DNA of 64,000 nt. It comes from Dehalococcoidia bacterium (GTDB lineage Bacteria; Chloroflexota; Dehalococcoidia; Lucifugimonadales; UBA1123). The stretch spans positions 19,742 to 83,741 of the forward strand of contig DAOUHG010000028.1 in NCBI GenBank assembly GCA_034428835.1, read 5' to 3'. A program made the translations under genes and the position numbers. Of the stretch, positions 19,201 to 27,201 are shown in pieces (within the stretch, counting starts at the first letter, position 1; each line of letters starts with the position of its first letter). The notes under the pieces are model-generated. The model was not told the DNA's origin and made no database searches. It saw only the letters and a program-made list of their open reading frames with translations.

Positions 19201-20620
19201 GACACTGAATCCGCCGCATCTATCGACAATGATCGTCGCTGTTGGCGCGTCAGACTACTTCTCAAGTTCCATGCGTCACAACGGCGCCCTGGAACAGCGC
19301 TTTCTCATCTACGCCTACAGGATGGCCACCACCAGCCCGGAGGCCAAAGCCGACCCCGCGTTAGGCGCCGCGCTCCTCAACATCTTCGAGAACGGGATGC
19401 CTGAAGTCGTCGAGAACTTCCCGATTCTCAAGGACACGTCGATACTCCGGAGGGTCCCGACTGTAGAGCAGTGGATCGTCGACTTGCAGACTGTCGGCGA
19501 GCGCACAGACTACTGGAAACAGCGAGGCTACGCTCCCTGCGAGTACTACGACGAACACGCCGACGTCCCAACTCTCTATCTAGGCGGATGGTACGATTCA
19601 TATGCCCGCAACTCCACCGAGTGCTACATGAAGTTGAGCAGGCTTAAGGATTCGCCACAGAAACTTCTCATGGGACCGTGGACCCACGGCCAATATGAGG
19701 TGACATACTCAGGAGATATCGACTTTGGCCTGACCGCCCACATCGACTACAACGACGTCAAGCTGGCCTGGTTCGACCATTATCTCAAGGGGATGCGCAC
19801 AGAGGTCGCCGACTGGAGTCCAGTCCGATACTTCACGATGGGTGGCGGCGACGGCCGCATTAACGACGAGCACAGGCTGAACCACAGCGGCTTCTGGACA
19901 AGCGCAGATGACTGGCCCGTACCGGGAACCCGGTTCGTGCCATATTACGTTCACGGCGACGGCACCCTGTCCCGCAAACAACCGGGGAGCGATGAGCGGC
20001 CCTTCACGTCCTACGTCTTCGATCCTTCTGACCCTGTTCCCACGATCGGAGGGGGCATCTCGGCAGCAAACCCCATCATGGAACCGGGCGCATACGACCA
20101 GCGCGGCGATCCTACTCGTTTCTACGGCACTGGGGACCACCAGCCGCTGAACACTCGTCCGGACGTACTCACGTACCAGACGCCGCCGCTGGAGGTTGAC
20201 GTAGAGGTCACAGGCCCCATCACCGTAAGGCTGTGGGCATCATCGTCAGCGGTCGACACCGACTTCACGGCCAAGCTCATTGACGTATACCCGGACGCGC
20301 CCGAGTATCCGGAGGGGTTGGCTATCAACATCACCGACTCCATCATTCGTGCGCGCTACCGGAACGGCTACGATGAGCCCGAATTCATGGAGCCCGGAGA
20401 GATATACGAGTTCGAGTTCGAGTTGTATCCCACGTCGAACACTTTCGCGGCGGGGCATCGCATCCGCGTGGACATCAGCTCAAGCAACTGGCCCAGGTTC
20501 GACGTGAATCACAACACGGGCGAGCCGCTAGGCGTCGATCGGACCTACGAAACGGCTCATCAGACAATTCACCACAGCCCGGGCCTGGCATCTCATATAG
20601 TGCTGCCCGTTTCCAGATAG
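16286..20620 (+). CDS. fusion protein: penicillin-acylase family (S45 Ntn hydrolase) + CocE/NonD family (S15) hydrolase
   Basis: 1,444-aa uninterrupted ORF. N-terminal module has SYGIPHV and DDSGSNNWAVHGSRTASGKPLVAGDPH (Ser254, codon 17045-17047). C-terminal module has MRDGARLATDLYLP, ILERTPYDK, GDSYAG (Ser962, codon 19169-19171) and RIRVDISSSNWPRFD. Confidence 0.85.
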   Translation: MTQTPAHQSPFFSSALPDTVSDMTLPGLEGEIVITRDSYGIPHVKAESEHDAYFGQGFATAQDRLWHMDYDRARAYGRWAEFIGPDGVEHDLMMRRFQIRASVEEDWSALSEDARAMFEAYANGVNAFIESADTLPVEYTLIGAEPETWRPRDCLAVFKVRHIMMGVFEGKTWRAKLVNTFGPERATSLLKGYGNEWRDRVKSIWGDERAASFSSQLVIVPPGTESESDLIDGIEQLENGLAAVEWLKDDDSGSNNWAVHGSRTASGKPLVAGDPHRGLDAPNVYYQNHVACPDFDVIGLSFPGCPGFPHFGHNEQVAWCVTHAGADYQDLYVENLRYSEQGPEYEFLGEWHPAIVSDETITVRGEDPVALDVVSTGHGPIIAGSEDGSMGLAFRYTATTGPNLGFECLRRMLHSQNVDEIDESMRDWVDPCNNFVFADVHGDIGYLNRGQVPVRSMANAWLPVPGWTGDHEWEGMIPFEDLARIRNPEDGLIVTANNRIVGEDYPYYISLSYAPDHRARRILDRLSGLQNATVEDMAAIHSEIVSIPAQVYSKFLANLSPEGMSQIEEASIEHLKLWDGSMDRDLVAPTIYSAIRSEIHGRYFSRLFGRLSEDALGAQGRGAPGHLRQLASLLVADLQSGVEVVRPPDPDWEWDFDSELYQGFYEAVHRLSRSGAGLGRDVDSWKWGDVHRTRPRHPLSAAFPDAADLLDPPGFGMSGDGDTPQAGSYGIVAPDSSSTIWDSFTITGTSVARYVWDTSDWDNSRWIVPLGSSGHAGSPHYADQGPIWADVELIPATYSWERIQEDAESVQTIRPVPEPAIIETSPTVSDVSGQSPDDSLYHGSAISHNVVVQRDVMVEMRDGARLATDLYLPAIDGVPAPSPFPVILERTPYDKLASRQTSKGKFFARRGYVVAIQDVRGRFNSEGDWLPFFDEAEDGYDTVEWLGTQSWSDGKVGTMGDSYAGSDQAALATLNPPHLSTMIVAVGASDYFSSSMRHNGALEQRFLIYAYRMATTSPEAKADPALGAALLNIFENGMPEVVENFPILKDTSILRRVPTVEQWIVDLQTVGERTDYWKQRGYAPCEYYDEHADVPTLYLGGWYDSYARNSTECYMKLSRLKDSPQKLLMGPWTHGQYEVTYSGDIDFGLTAHIDYNDVKLAWFDHYLKGMRTEVADWSPVRYFTMGGGDGRINDEHRLNHSGFWTSADDWPVPGTRFVPYYVHGDGTLSRKQPGSDERPFTSYVFDPSDPVPTIGGGISAANPIMEPGAYDQRGDPTRFYGTGDHQPLNTRPDVLTYQTPPLEVDVEVTGPITVRLWASSSAVDTDFTAKLIDVYPDAPEYPEGLAINITDSIIRARYRNGYDEPEFMEPGEIYEFEFELYPTSNTFAAGHRIRVDISSSNWPRFDVNHNTGEPLGVDRTYETAHQTIHHSPGLASHIVLPVSR

Positions 20621-20624
20621 GCTA

Positions 20625-22187
20625 TCAATGCCGAATCGCCTGACCGGGCAGAGCACCCGTGTGCGAGCCTCCATCGATAACCACCGTCCCGTTGACGATG
20701 ACGTACTCGATGCCTACAGGGAACTGCTTCGGGTCCGTTCGAGTGGCTGGAGCCCGGACGGAGCTTGCGTCGAACACCGTAATGTCGGCGTTCATGCCGT
20801 CGCGTAGAACACCTCTGTCCTGGAGGCCCAGCCGCTGGGCCGGGAAAGAGGTCATCTTCCTGATGGCGTTCGGCAATGACATCTGCCGCTCCTCTCGCAC
20901 GTACTCAGCCAGGATGACTGGGAAACAGCCGTAGGTACGCGGACTCGGGAAGTCGCCGAGCAGCACCGCGTCGCTGCCCACCATGGAGAGCGGGTGAGTG
21001 ACGAATGCGGGCAGTGTCTTCTGATTCAGCCCCTCGGCCACGTAGCACGTCTGAAGGTCCTCTTCGATCAGGAGATCACACAGCGTGTCAACTGGGTTCT
21101 GTCTTCGCATTTCGGCTATCTCGGCGACAGATCTTCCCTCGTACTGGTGATTCTCAGGACGCTTGAAGTAAGTCAGCCACATGTCATGCCAGGTGGGTGC
21201 GCGTGGCACGACTTCGCCCCGCAGACGCTCGCGAGCATCCTCGTCTGCCAGTGCCTGTTTGAGGCGCTCTGGCCCTCCTTCATGTACCCAGTCTGGAAAT
21301 ACGATCAGGATTCGCGTGCTGCCGAGGCTGTACGGATAACTGTCGAAAGTAACGTCTTGTCCCGAAGCCGACGCATCTTCAACCAGACCCAGTAGCTGCG
21401 GCGCTCCACCCGGAGACGGCGCCTTCTGGTAGAAATGCGTGATGTGCACGGGCACGCCGCTCCGCTCGCCGATCTCTATCGCCTCCTTGAAGGGGTCCAT
21501 GAACATGTCGCCCGACTTGTAGCGAACGTGGGTGTGGTAGATGCCGCCAAGGTCGGCGACCTGCTTCGATAGCTCTACAAGCTCATCTGTGGAGGCGTAC
21601 CCACCCGGTGGGTAGTCGAGTCCGGTCGACATACCCATCGCGCCCTCTTCCATCGCCTCGCGAATAATCGCCTTCATGTTTGAAATGTCGTTCGCCGTAG
21701 CTGGTGTCGACTCCCAGCCAATAGCGTCGATACGCACTGGCGAGTTGCCTAGGATGTACGCGATGTTGACCGCCGACTTCCGGTCGAACATGTTGAGATA
21801 CTGCTCGACTGTCGACCACGATCCTGGCAGTGGAGGGTTGCCGTCCAGTCCTGAGTTCAGTTCGACAAACCGCCGGAAGTCTTTCTGAGACCTGAACGGC
21901 GCGTACGAGTTGCCATCGACGCCTATCAACTCTGTCGTAATTCCCTGCTTGACCTTCGGCTCGTGCTCAGGCTCTGACAGCAGCACCAGGCCCGAGTGCG
22001 CGTGCATGTCTATGAATCCTGGACAGATCGTCAGGCCGGTAGCGTCTATCGTCCGGGATGCCTCAACATCCTGGATGGACCCTCGAAACATCTGGATGGA
22101 AGCCCCGTCTACCCCGACCGAACCGTAGTAGCCGGGATTCCCCGTTCCGTCGATGATCAGTCCGTTGCGAATCAGGATGTCTAGCAT
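20625..22187 (-). CDS. N-acyl-D-amino-acid deacylase (D-aminoacylase) family amidohydrolase
   Basis: 520 aa, MLDILIRNGLIIDGTGNPGY...ICPGFIDMHAHS metal-binding motif. Its stop lies 4 bp from the stop of the fusion gene (convergent). Confidence 0.8.
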   Translation of the reverse strand: MLDILIRNGLIIDGTGNPGYYGSVGVDGASIQMFRGSIQDVEASRTIDATGLTICPGFIDMHAHSGLVLLSEPEHEPKVKQGITTELIGVDGNSYAPFRSQKDFRRFVELNSGLDGNPPLPGSWSTVEQYLNMFDRKSAVNIAYILGNSPVRIDAIGWESTPATANDISNMKAIIREAMEEGAMGMSTGLDYPPGGYASTDELVELSKQVADLGGIYHTHVRYKSGDMFMDPFKEAIEIGERSGVPVHITHFYQKAPSPGGAPQLLGLVEDASASGQDVTFDSYPYSLGSTRILIVFPDWVHEGGPERLKQALADEDARERLRGEVVPRAPTWHDMWLTYFKRPENHQYEGRSVAEIAEMRRQNPVDTLCDLLIEEDLQTCYVAEGLNQKTLPAFVTHPLSMVGSDAVLLGDFPSPRTYGCFPVILAEYVREERQMSLPNAIRKMTSFPAQRLGLQDRGVLRDGMNADITVFDASSVRAPATRTDPKQFPVGIEYVIVNGTVVIDGGSHTGALPGQAIRH

Positions 22188-22351
22188 GTTCTCACCTCAG
22201 GATTCTCGCTTCGGCGGCGATTGTACAACGTTATCGGCCCAGTGTGCGGTGGTAGGCCCAAATCATGGGTTGATATAATCGTTTCGTTATGCCGCTAATC
22301 GCTCCGGCAAATTCTCATGAGAATCCGCAGCTAAAGTCGAGGTCGTATTAA

Positions 22352-23447
22352 ATGTTAGACTTGAAAGGCCATGTAGCTGAGTTGATAGCACGAATATCCG
22401 ATCTAATGGTGCGGCTTTGACCTCGACAGCAAGCGGATAGAGATAGGAGAACTTGAGAAGCGGGCCTCCGATCCCTCTTTCTGGGAGGATAACCAGCGAG
22501 CGCAGATCGTAATGCGCAGGATGGCCGGACTCAAGGACGAAGTCGAGACATTGACCGGTCTAATGTCCAGGGCGCAAGCCCTCGATGAATTGATAGAGTT
22601 GGCGCTCCTGGAGGAAGAGGACTCGTTGGCCGAGACGATGGGCGACGAGCTTGTCGAGTTGTCGACAACACTCGATAATCTCGAGTTCCTGCTCATGCTT
22701 TCTGGAGAGTACGACGACCACGACGCCATCCTCGCGCTGCACGCAGGCGCAGGCGGGGTCGACTCGCAAGACTGGGCGCAAATGCTTATGAGGATGTACC
22801 TCAGATGGTCTGAGCGCAGGGGATTCAAGACCGAGATACTGGACGTTTCAATGGGGGATGAGGCAGGCATCAAGAGCGCAGTGATCCAGGTAAACGGCCT
22901 GAATGCATATGGTTTTCTCAAAGCAGAGAAGGGCGTACACAGACTCGTGCGTATATCTCCATACGACGGGAATCACGCGCGACATACCTCGTTCGCGCTC
23001 GCCGAGGTTATGCCTGACGTCGAAGACGATTCCGAAGTGACCATCAGCTCGGACGACCTCAGAATCGACACTTTCAGGGCTGGCGGCCACGGCGGTCAGA
23101 ATGTCCAGAAGAACTCTACAGCCGTAAGGATCACGCACCTCCCATCGGGTATCAGGGTAACCTGTCAGAACGAACGCTCCCAGCACCAGAACAAGGAAAT
23201 TGCGATGAGGATTCTCATGGCCCGGCTCGTCGAGCTGGAAATGAAGAGGCGCGCTGAGGCGATGGCGCGGATAAAGGGGGAGCACATCTCTCCTGAGTGG
23301 GGCAACCAGATTAGAAGCTACGTCCTTCACCCCTATCAGATGGTAAAGGACCACAGGACCGATCACTCCGTTTCCGATGCGGCTGCGGTTCTTGATGGCG
23401 ATCTGGACGACTTCATCACTTCGTATCTTAAGTCAACCGTTGGATAG
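22352..23447 (+). CDS. prfB: peptide chain release factor 2 (requires programmed +1 frameshift)
   Basis: Frame 0 gives MLDLKGHVAELIARISDLMVRL then TGA (22418-22420). The +1 frame from 22419 continues DLDSKRIEIGELEKRASDPSFWEDNQRAQ... into the 311-aa track ORF (SPYD, GGHGGQNVQK). Total is about 364 aa. Confidence 0.9.
22415..22421 (+). other. RF2 autoregulatory +1 frameshift site CTT TGA C
   Basis: The exact canonical heptamer CTTTGAC is read in the sequence, 22 codons after the ATG. Confidence 0.85.
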
Positions 23448-23484
23448 CTCGTCATTGGACCAGCCAAGCAATTGTAGGAACCCG

Positions 23485-25191
23485 ATGAGAACACTTGCGA
23501 TACTACTGACAGCCCTAACCCTGGCCTTGGCGCTCGCCTGTGGGGGAGGTGAGGCGGAGACGCCCACGCCCGAACCCGTAACTCAGTCTGAGCAGCCCAC
23601 TCCCGCACCAACCGAGGAGCCGACCACCGACGCAGCGCCGACTGCGGCCGCGGCTGCCGCTGACGAAGAGACTTCCAGTGAGGAGCTCTCAGGCGGAGTC
23701 TTCAGACGTCTCTGGGCAGACCCCCCGACTCTCGATCCACACCTGACGTCTGACACCACGTCGGCAGGTCTCGTCGTCGAGATCTTCAGCGGTCTGGTCG
23801 CGCTGAACACCGACCTTCAACTGGTCCCCGACATAGCGGAGAGCTGGGAGATCAATGAAGACGGTACGGTTTACACTTTCCGCATTCGCGACGAGGCGAA
23901 GTTCCACGATGGCAAGCGGGTGACAGCCGACGACTTCAAGTGGTCAATGCAGCGAGCCGCCCACCCTGATACCGCTTCCCCTGTCGCTGACACGTACCTG
24001 AACGACATAGTCGGCGTGGAGGCGGTTCTCGAAGGGGAAACCGAAGACATCAGCGGAATCACCGTCATCGACGACTCCACACTACAGATCAAGATCGACG
24101 CCCCAAAGGCGTACTTCCTTGCAAAGCTCACGTATCCGACCGCCTATGTGCTTGATAGTGAGAACGTGGTGTCCGGCGGCAGGACCTGGACCGATACACC
24201 CAACGGCACCGGCCCTTTCAGGCTCAAAGAATACCGGATCGGCGAGCGGATAATTCTCGAACGGAACGAGCACTACTATCGCGAGCGCGCCAACGTAGAT
24301 TCCATCGCTATGAACCTGGCTGGCGGCCAGTCGATGGCAATGTACGAGAACGACGAGATCGACATAACAGGAGTCGGCTTGTTCGATCTTGACCGCGTCC
24401 TCGACCCCTCCGAGCCACTGCATGCAGAGCTCGTCGTAGCCCCCCCGGACTTCAGCATCTCGTACGTGGGATTCAATGTGAGTATGCCACCATTCGACGA
24501 TCCCAAGTTCAGGCAGGCGCTCAATCACGCTGTTGACAAGCAGCTGATCGCCAGCGAGGTGCTGTCCGGCCTCGTTGAACCAGCCTACGGCATTCTCCCC
24601 CCCGGATTCCCCGGGTTCAACCTGGACCTGACGGGTCTTGAGTACGACCCAGACCTCGCTCGGCAACTTCTGGAGGAGTCTGAGTACGCCGATCCCGCGA
24701 CAAGACCTCGAATCGTGGTTACCGTACCCGGAACTGGCGGCACTATTGGACTCGATCTCGAAGTGGTGATCGAGATGTGGAAGCAGGAGCTCGGCGTCGA
24801 GGTCGAAATCCAGCAGGTTGAGTGGGCTACCTACCTTCAGGACCTGAACCAGCACAGGTTCCAGGCTTATGCCGGCCTGGGTTGGGAGGCTGACTACCCA
24901 GACCCCCAAGACTTCCTGGACATCCTATTCCACACAGAAAGCTCGCTCAATCACGGCATGTACTCTAATTCCGAAGCTGACGCTATCCTCGAAGAGGCTC
25001 GGACCGAGACCGATGTCGAGCGGAGAGTAGAGCTCTACCAGCAGGCTGAAGAACTGATCGTTCAGGATGGCGCGTGGCTTCCACTGTGGTACTCTGGTGA
25101 ACGGTACGTACTCATAAAGGACTACGTAAAAGACTACCACGTTACCCCTATGATCGTGCCGAAGTTGAAGAACATCCGCCTGACCGACTAA
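23485..25191 (+). CDS. ABC transporter substrate-binding lipoprotein, family 5 (peptide/nickel, Opp/Dpp-like)
   Basis: Start set at ATG 23485 with AGGAA upstream. Signal plus Cys in MRTLAILLTALTLALALAC, followed by a long P/T/E/A linker. Family-5 body ...YTFRIRDEAKFHDG... Confidence 0.85.
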   Translation: MRTLAILLTALTLALALACGGGEAETPTPEPVTQSEQPTPAPTEEPTTDAAPTAAAAAADEETSSEELSGGVFRRLWADPPTLDPHLTSDTTSAGLVVEIFSGLVALNTDLQLVPDIAESWEINEDGTVYTFRIRDEAKFHDGKRVTADDFKWSMQRAAHPDTASPVADTYLNDIVGVEAVLEGETEDISGITVIDDSTLQIKIDAPKAYFLAKLTYPTAYVLDSENVVSGGRTWTDTPNGTGPFRLKEYRIGERIILERNEHYYRERANVDSIAMNLAGGQSMAMYENDEIDITGVGLFDLDRVLDPSEPLHAELVVAPPDFSISYVGFNVSMPPFDDPKFRQALNHAVDKQLIASEVLSGLVEPAYGILPPGFPGFNLDLTGLEYDPDLARQLLEESEYADPATRPRIVVTVPGTGGTIGLDLEVVIEMWKQELGVEVEIQQVEWATYLQDLNQHRFQAYAGLGWEADYPDPQDFLDILFHTESSLNHGMYSNSEADAILEEARTETDVERRVELYQQAEELIVQDGAWLPLWYSGERYVLIKDYVKDYHVTPMIVPKLKNIRLTD

Positions 25192-25224
25192 CAACCGTCC
25201 ACTGCGCAGACAGAAGCGAGGATC

Positions 25225-25246
25225 GGGGCGCTCTCACGGGCGCCCC
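25225..25246 (+). promoter_or_regulatory. intra-operon stem-loop between binding-protein and permease genes
   Basis: ggggcgc (25225-25231) pairs with gcgcccc (25240-25246) around an 8-nt loop. Hairpins after SBP genes commonly stabilise or attenuate the transcript. Confidence 0.35.
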
Positions 25247-25254
25247 AAGATGAA

Positions 25255-26190
25255 ATGGGGCTGTACATCACCAGAAGGCTGCTATGGCTGCCAGTGTTGC
25301 TGTTCGCGGCGTCGCTCGTCACGTTCTCACTCGGCAGGTTCGGGCCCGGTGATCCCGTTCAGGTCATCCTCGGCAATAGGTACGACCCAGACTCGGCCGT
25401 AACCAAGAGCCTTAGAAAAGAGCTCGGACTCGACCGTCCCTTCGCGGTCCAGTACGGCAGCTACATGTGGGGTGTCTTGCAAGGCGACTTCGGCGAGAGC
25501 TATCGCTTCAGGGGGCGGCCCGTCAGGGACTTGCTGACTGCCAAGATGTGGGTGTCGTTTCAGGTCAACCTTGCCGCGCTCATCGTCAGCCTCTCTGTTG
25601 GACTGCCGCTCGGCTTCTTTATAGCCCACAAACAGGGTGGCTGGATTGATCCTAGCTCAGTTGCAACTGCGCTTGTCCTAATGTCTATTCCCATCATGGT
25701 CAGCATCCCTGCCTTCCTTTGGGTGACCTGTCTCAAGACGGACCTGTTGCCCTGTTCGGGATGGGGGGGGTTCTGGGACCCCAGGATTATCACGCCTGCT
25801 GTCACAATGGGCATTCCCGGTGTTGCAGGACTGTTAAGGCTCATGCGCGCCAGCACCCTCGATGTAATGGGCCAGGACTTCATCAGGACTGCTTACGCCA
25901 AGGGCCTCACTTCCTTCGCGGTCGACTACCGCCACATACTGAAGAACGCCATGATCCCGATCATCACTGTGTTGTCCTTCACGCTTGCCGGTATGTTGAG
26001 CACAGGGTTCATTACCGAGCGCCTACTGGGTATCCCCGGAGTTGGAAGTCTCGCCATAGATTCCATCTTCAACCGGGACTACCCCGTCATCATGGCAATC
26101 ACCATCATCGGGTCCACCGCCTTCGTGCTTGCTAACCTCCTGGCCGACATCTCTTACTCGTTCGTCGATCCGAGGATCAGGTACAGTTGA
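25255..26190 (+). CDS. ABC transporter permease (DppB/OppB-like)
   Basis: 311 aa, multiple TM segments, FIRTAYAKGL EAA-loop motif. Confidence 0.9.
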   Translation: MGLYITRRLLWLPVLLFAASLVTFSLGRFGPGDPVQVILGNRYDPDSAVTKSLRKELGLDRPFAVQYGSYMWGVLQGDFGESYRFRGRPVRDLLTAKMWVSFQVNLAALIVSLSVGLPLGFFIAHKQGGWIDPSSVATALVLMSIPIMVSIPAFLWVTCLKTDLLPCSGWGGFWDPRIITPAVTMGIPGVAGLLRLMRASTLDVMGQDFIRTAYAKGLTSFAVDYRHILKNAMIPIITVLSFTLAGMLSTGFITERLLGIPGVGSLAIDSIFNRDYPVIMAITIIGSTAFVLANLLADISYSFVDPRIRYS

Positions 26191-27170
26191 ACCAGCAACC
26201 TGTCCGGACCGTAATCGCGGATTTCGACTCCGCCACGGATGATCGGGGTGGCAAAGGCCATCTGAGGCGCGCTTGGTCGAGGCTGGTCAGGAAAAAGCTC
26301 GCCATGACAAGCGTGGTGGTGCTGGTCATTCTGTATTCTGTCGGCATATTCGCCCCGCTCGTCGCGCCCTACGAGTATACAGATCAGGACTATACTGCAA
26401 TAAGAAAGCCCCCCAGCGCTGAGCACTGGGCGGGCACCGACCTCAAGGGCCGTGATCTGCTGACTCGCGTATTGTGGGGAATCCAGAACACGGTAATCAT
26501 CACGGTCATATCCATGGCGACCGGCGGCCTCTTGATTGGTGTAACCCTTGGCCTGCTGTCTGGCTACTTCGGTCGGTGGGTCGACTCGCTCATCATGCGC
26601 GTCGGGGAGGTGTTCGCATCCTTCCCGGACATACTGCTCGTCATAATCTTGGCGGCCACGCTAGGCCCCAGGCTTCGTGATTTTGTCAGGAACCTCGAAG
26701 ACACAACCTTTCTTGATGGCTTGATAAAGGCCGGTGTCGTTGACTATCTGGTCATCTCCATCGCGCTTGTGTCGTTCAGCTGGTTTGGCATGGCAAGGAT
26801 AGTCCGCGGACAGGTCCTCGCCCTCAAGCAGACGCAGTTCGTAGACGCCGCGCGCTCTGTAGGTGCAAGCACGCCAAGAATCCTGTTCGCACACCTGCTT
26901 CCCAACGCAATCAGTCCGATCGTCGTACTGGTTTCGATGGGTATGGGCTCCATGGTAGGGACCGAGATAATTCTGAGCTGGCTCGGCCTCGGAATCCAGC
27001 CTCCTAGGCCCAGCCTCGGAGTCATGCTCCTCGAGGCCGGCAGCCTCAGCGCCCTCAGAGAGGTGCCCTGGATGCTGCTCATTCCCGGACTCGTGGCGTG
27101 GACTCTCGTGCTGGCCTGGAACCTGCTCGGCGACGCGCTGAACGACGTGCTCAACCCGCGAACCCGCTAA
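26187..27170 (+). CDS. ABC transporter permease (DppC/OppC-like)
   Basis: 327 aa, FVDAARSVGAS EAA-loop motif. TTG start overlaps the upstream stop (TTGA). Confidence 0.9.
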   Translation: MNQQPVRTVIADFDSATDDRGGKGHLRRAWSRLVRKKLAMTSVVVLVILYSVGIFAPLVAPYEYTDQDYTAIRKPPSAEHWAGTDLKGRDLLTRVLWGIQNTVIITVISMATGGLLIGVTLGLLSGYFGRWVDSLIMRVGEVFASFPDILLVIILAATLGPRLRDFVRNLEDTTFLDGLIKAGVVDYLVISIALVSFSWFGMARIVRGQVLALKQTQFVDAARSVGASTPRILFAHLLPNAISPIVVLVSMGMGSMVGTEIILSWLGLGIQPPRPSLGVMLLEAGSLSALREVPWMLLIPGLVAWTLVLAWNLLGDALNDVLNPRTR

Positions 27171-27201
27171 CTGGTAAGTCCACCTATCCCCGGAGAGTTC
27201 T

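Noticed and set aside
23377-23484. N-terminal extension of the binding protein that overlaps prfB
   Set aside because: It overlaps the prfB 3' end in another frame. The lipoprotein signal peptide begins at ATG 23485, which has its own SD.
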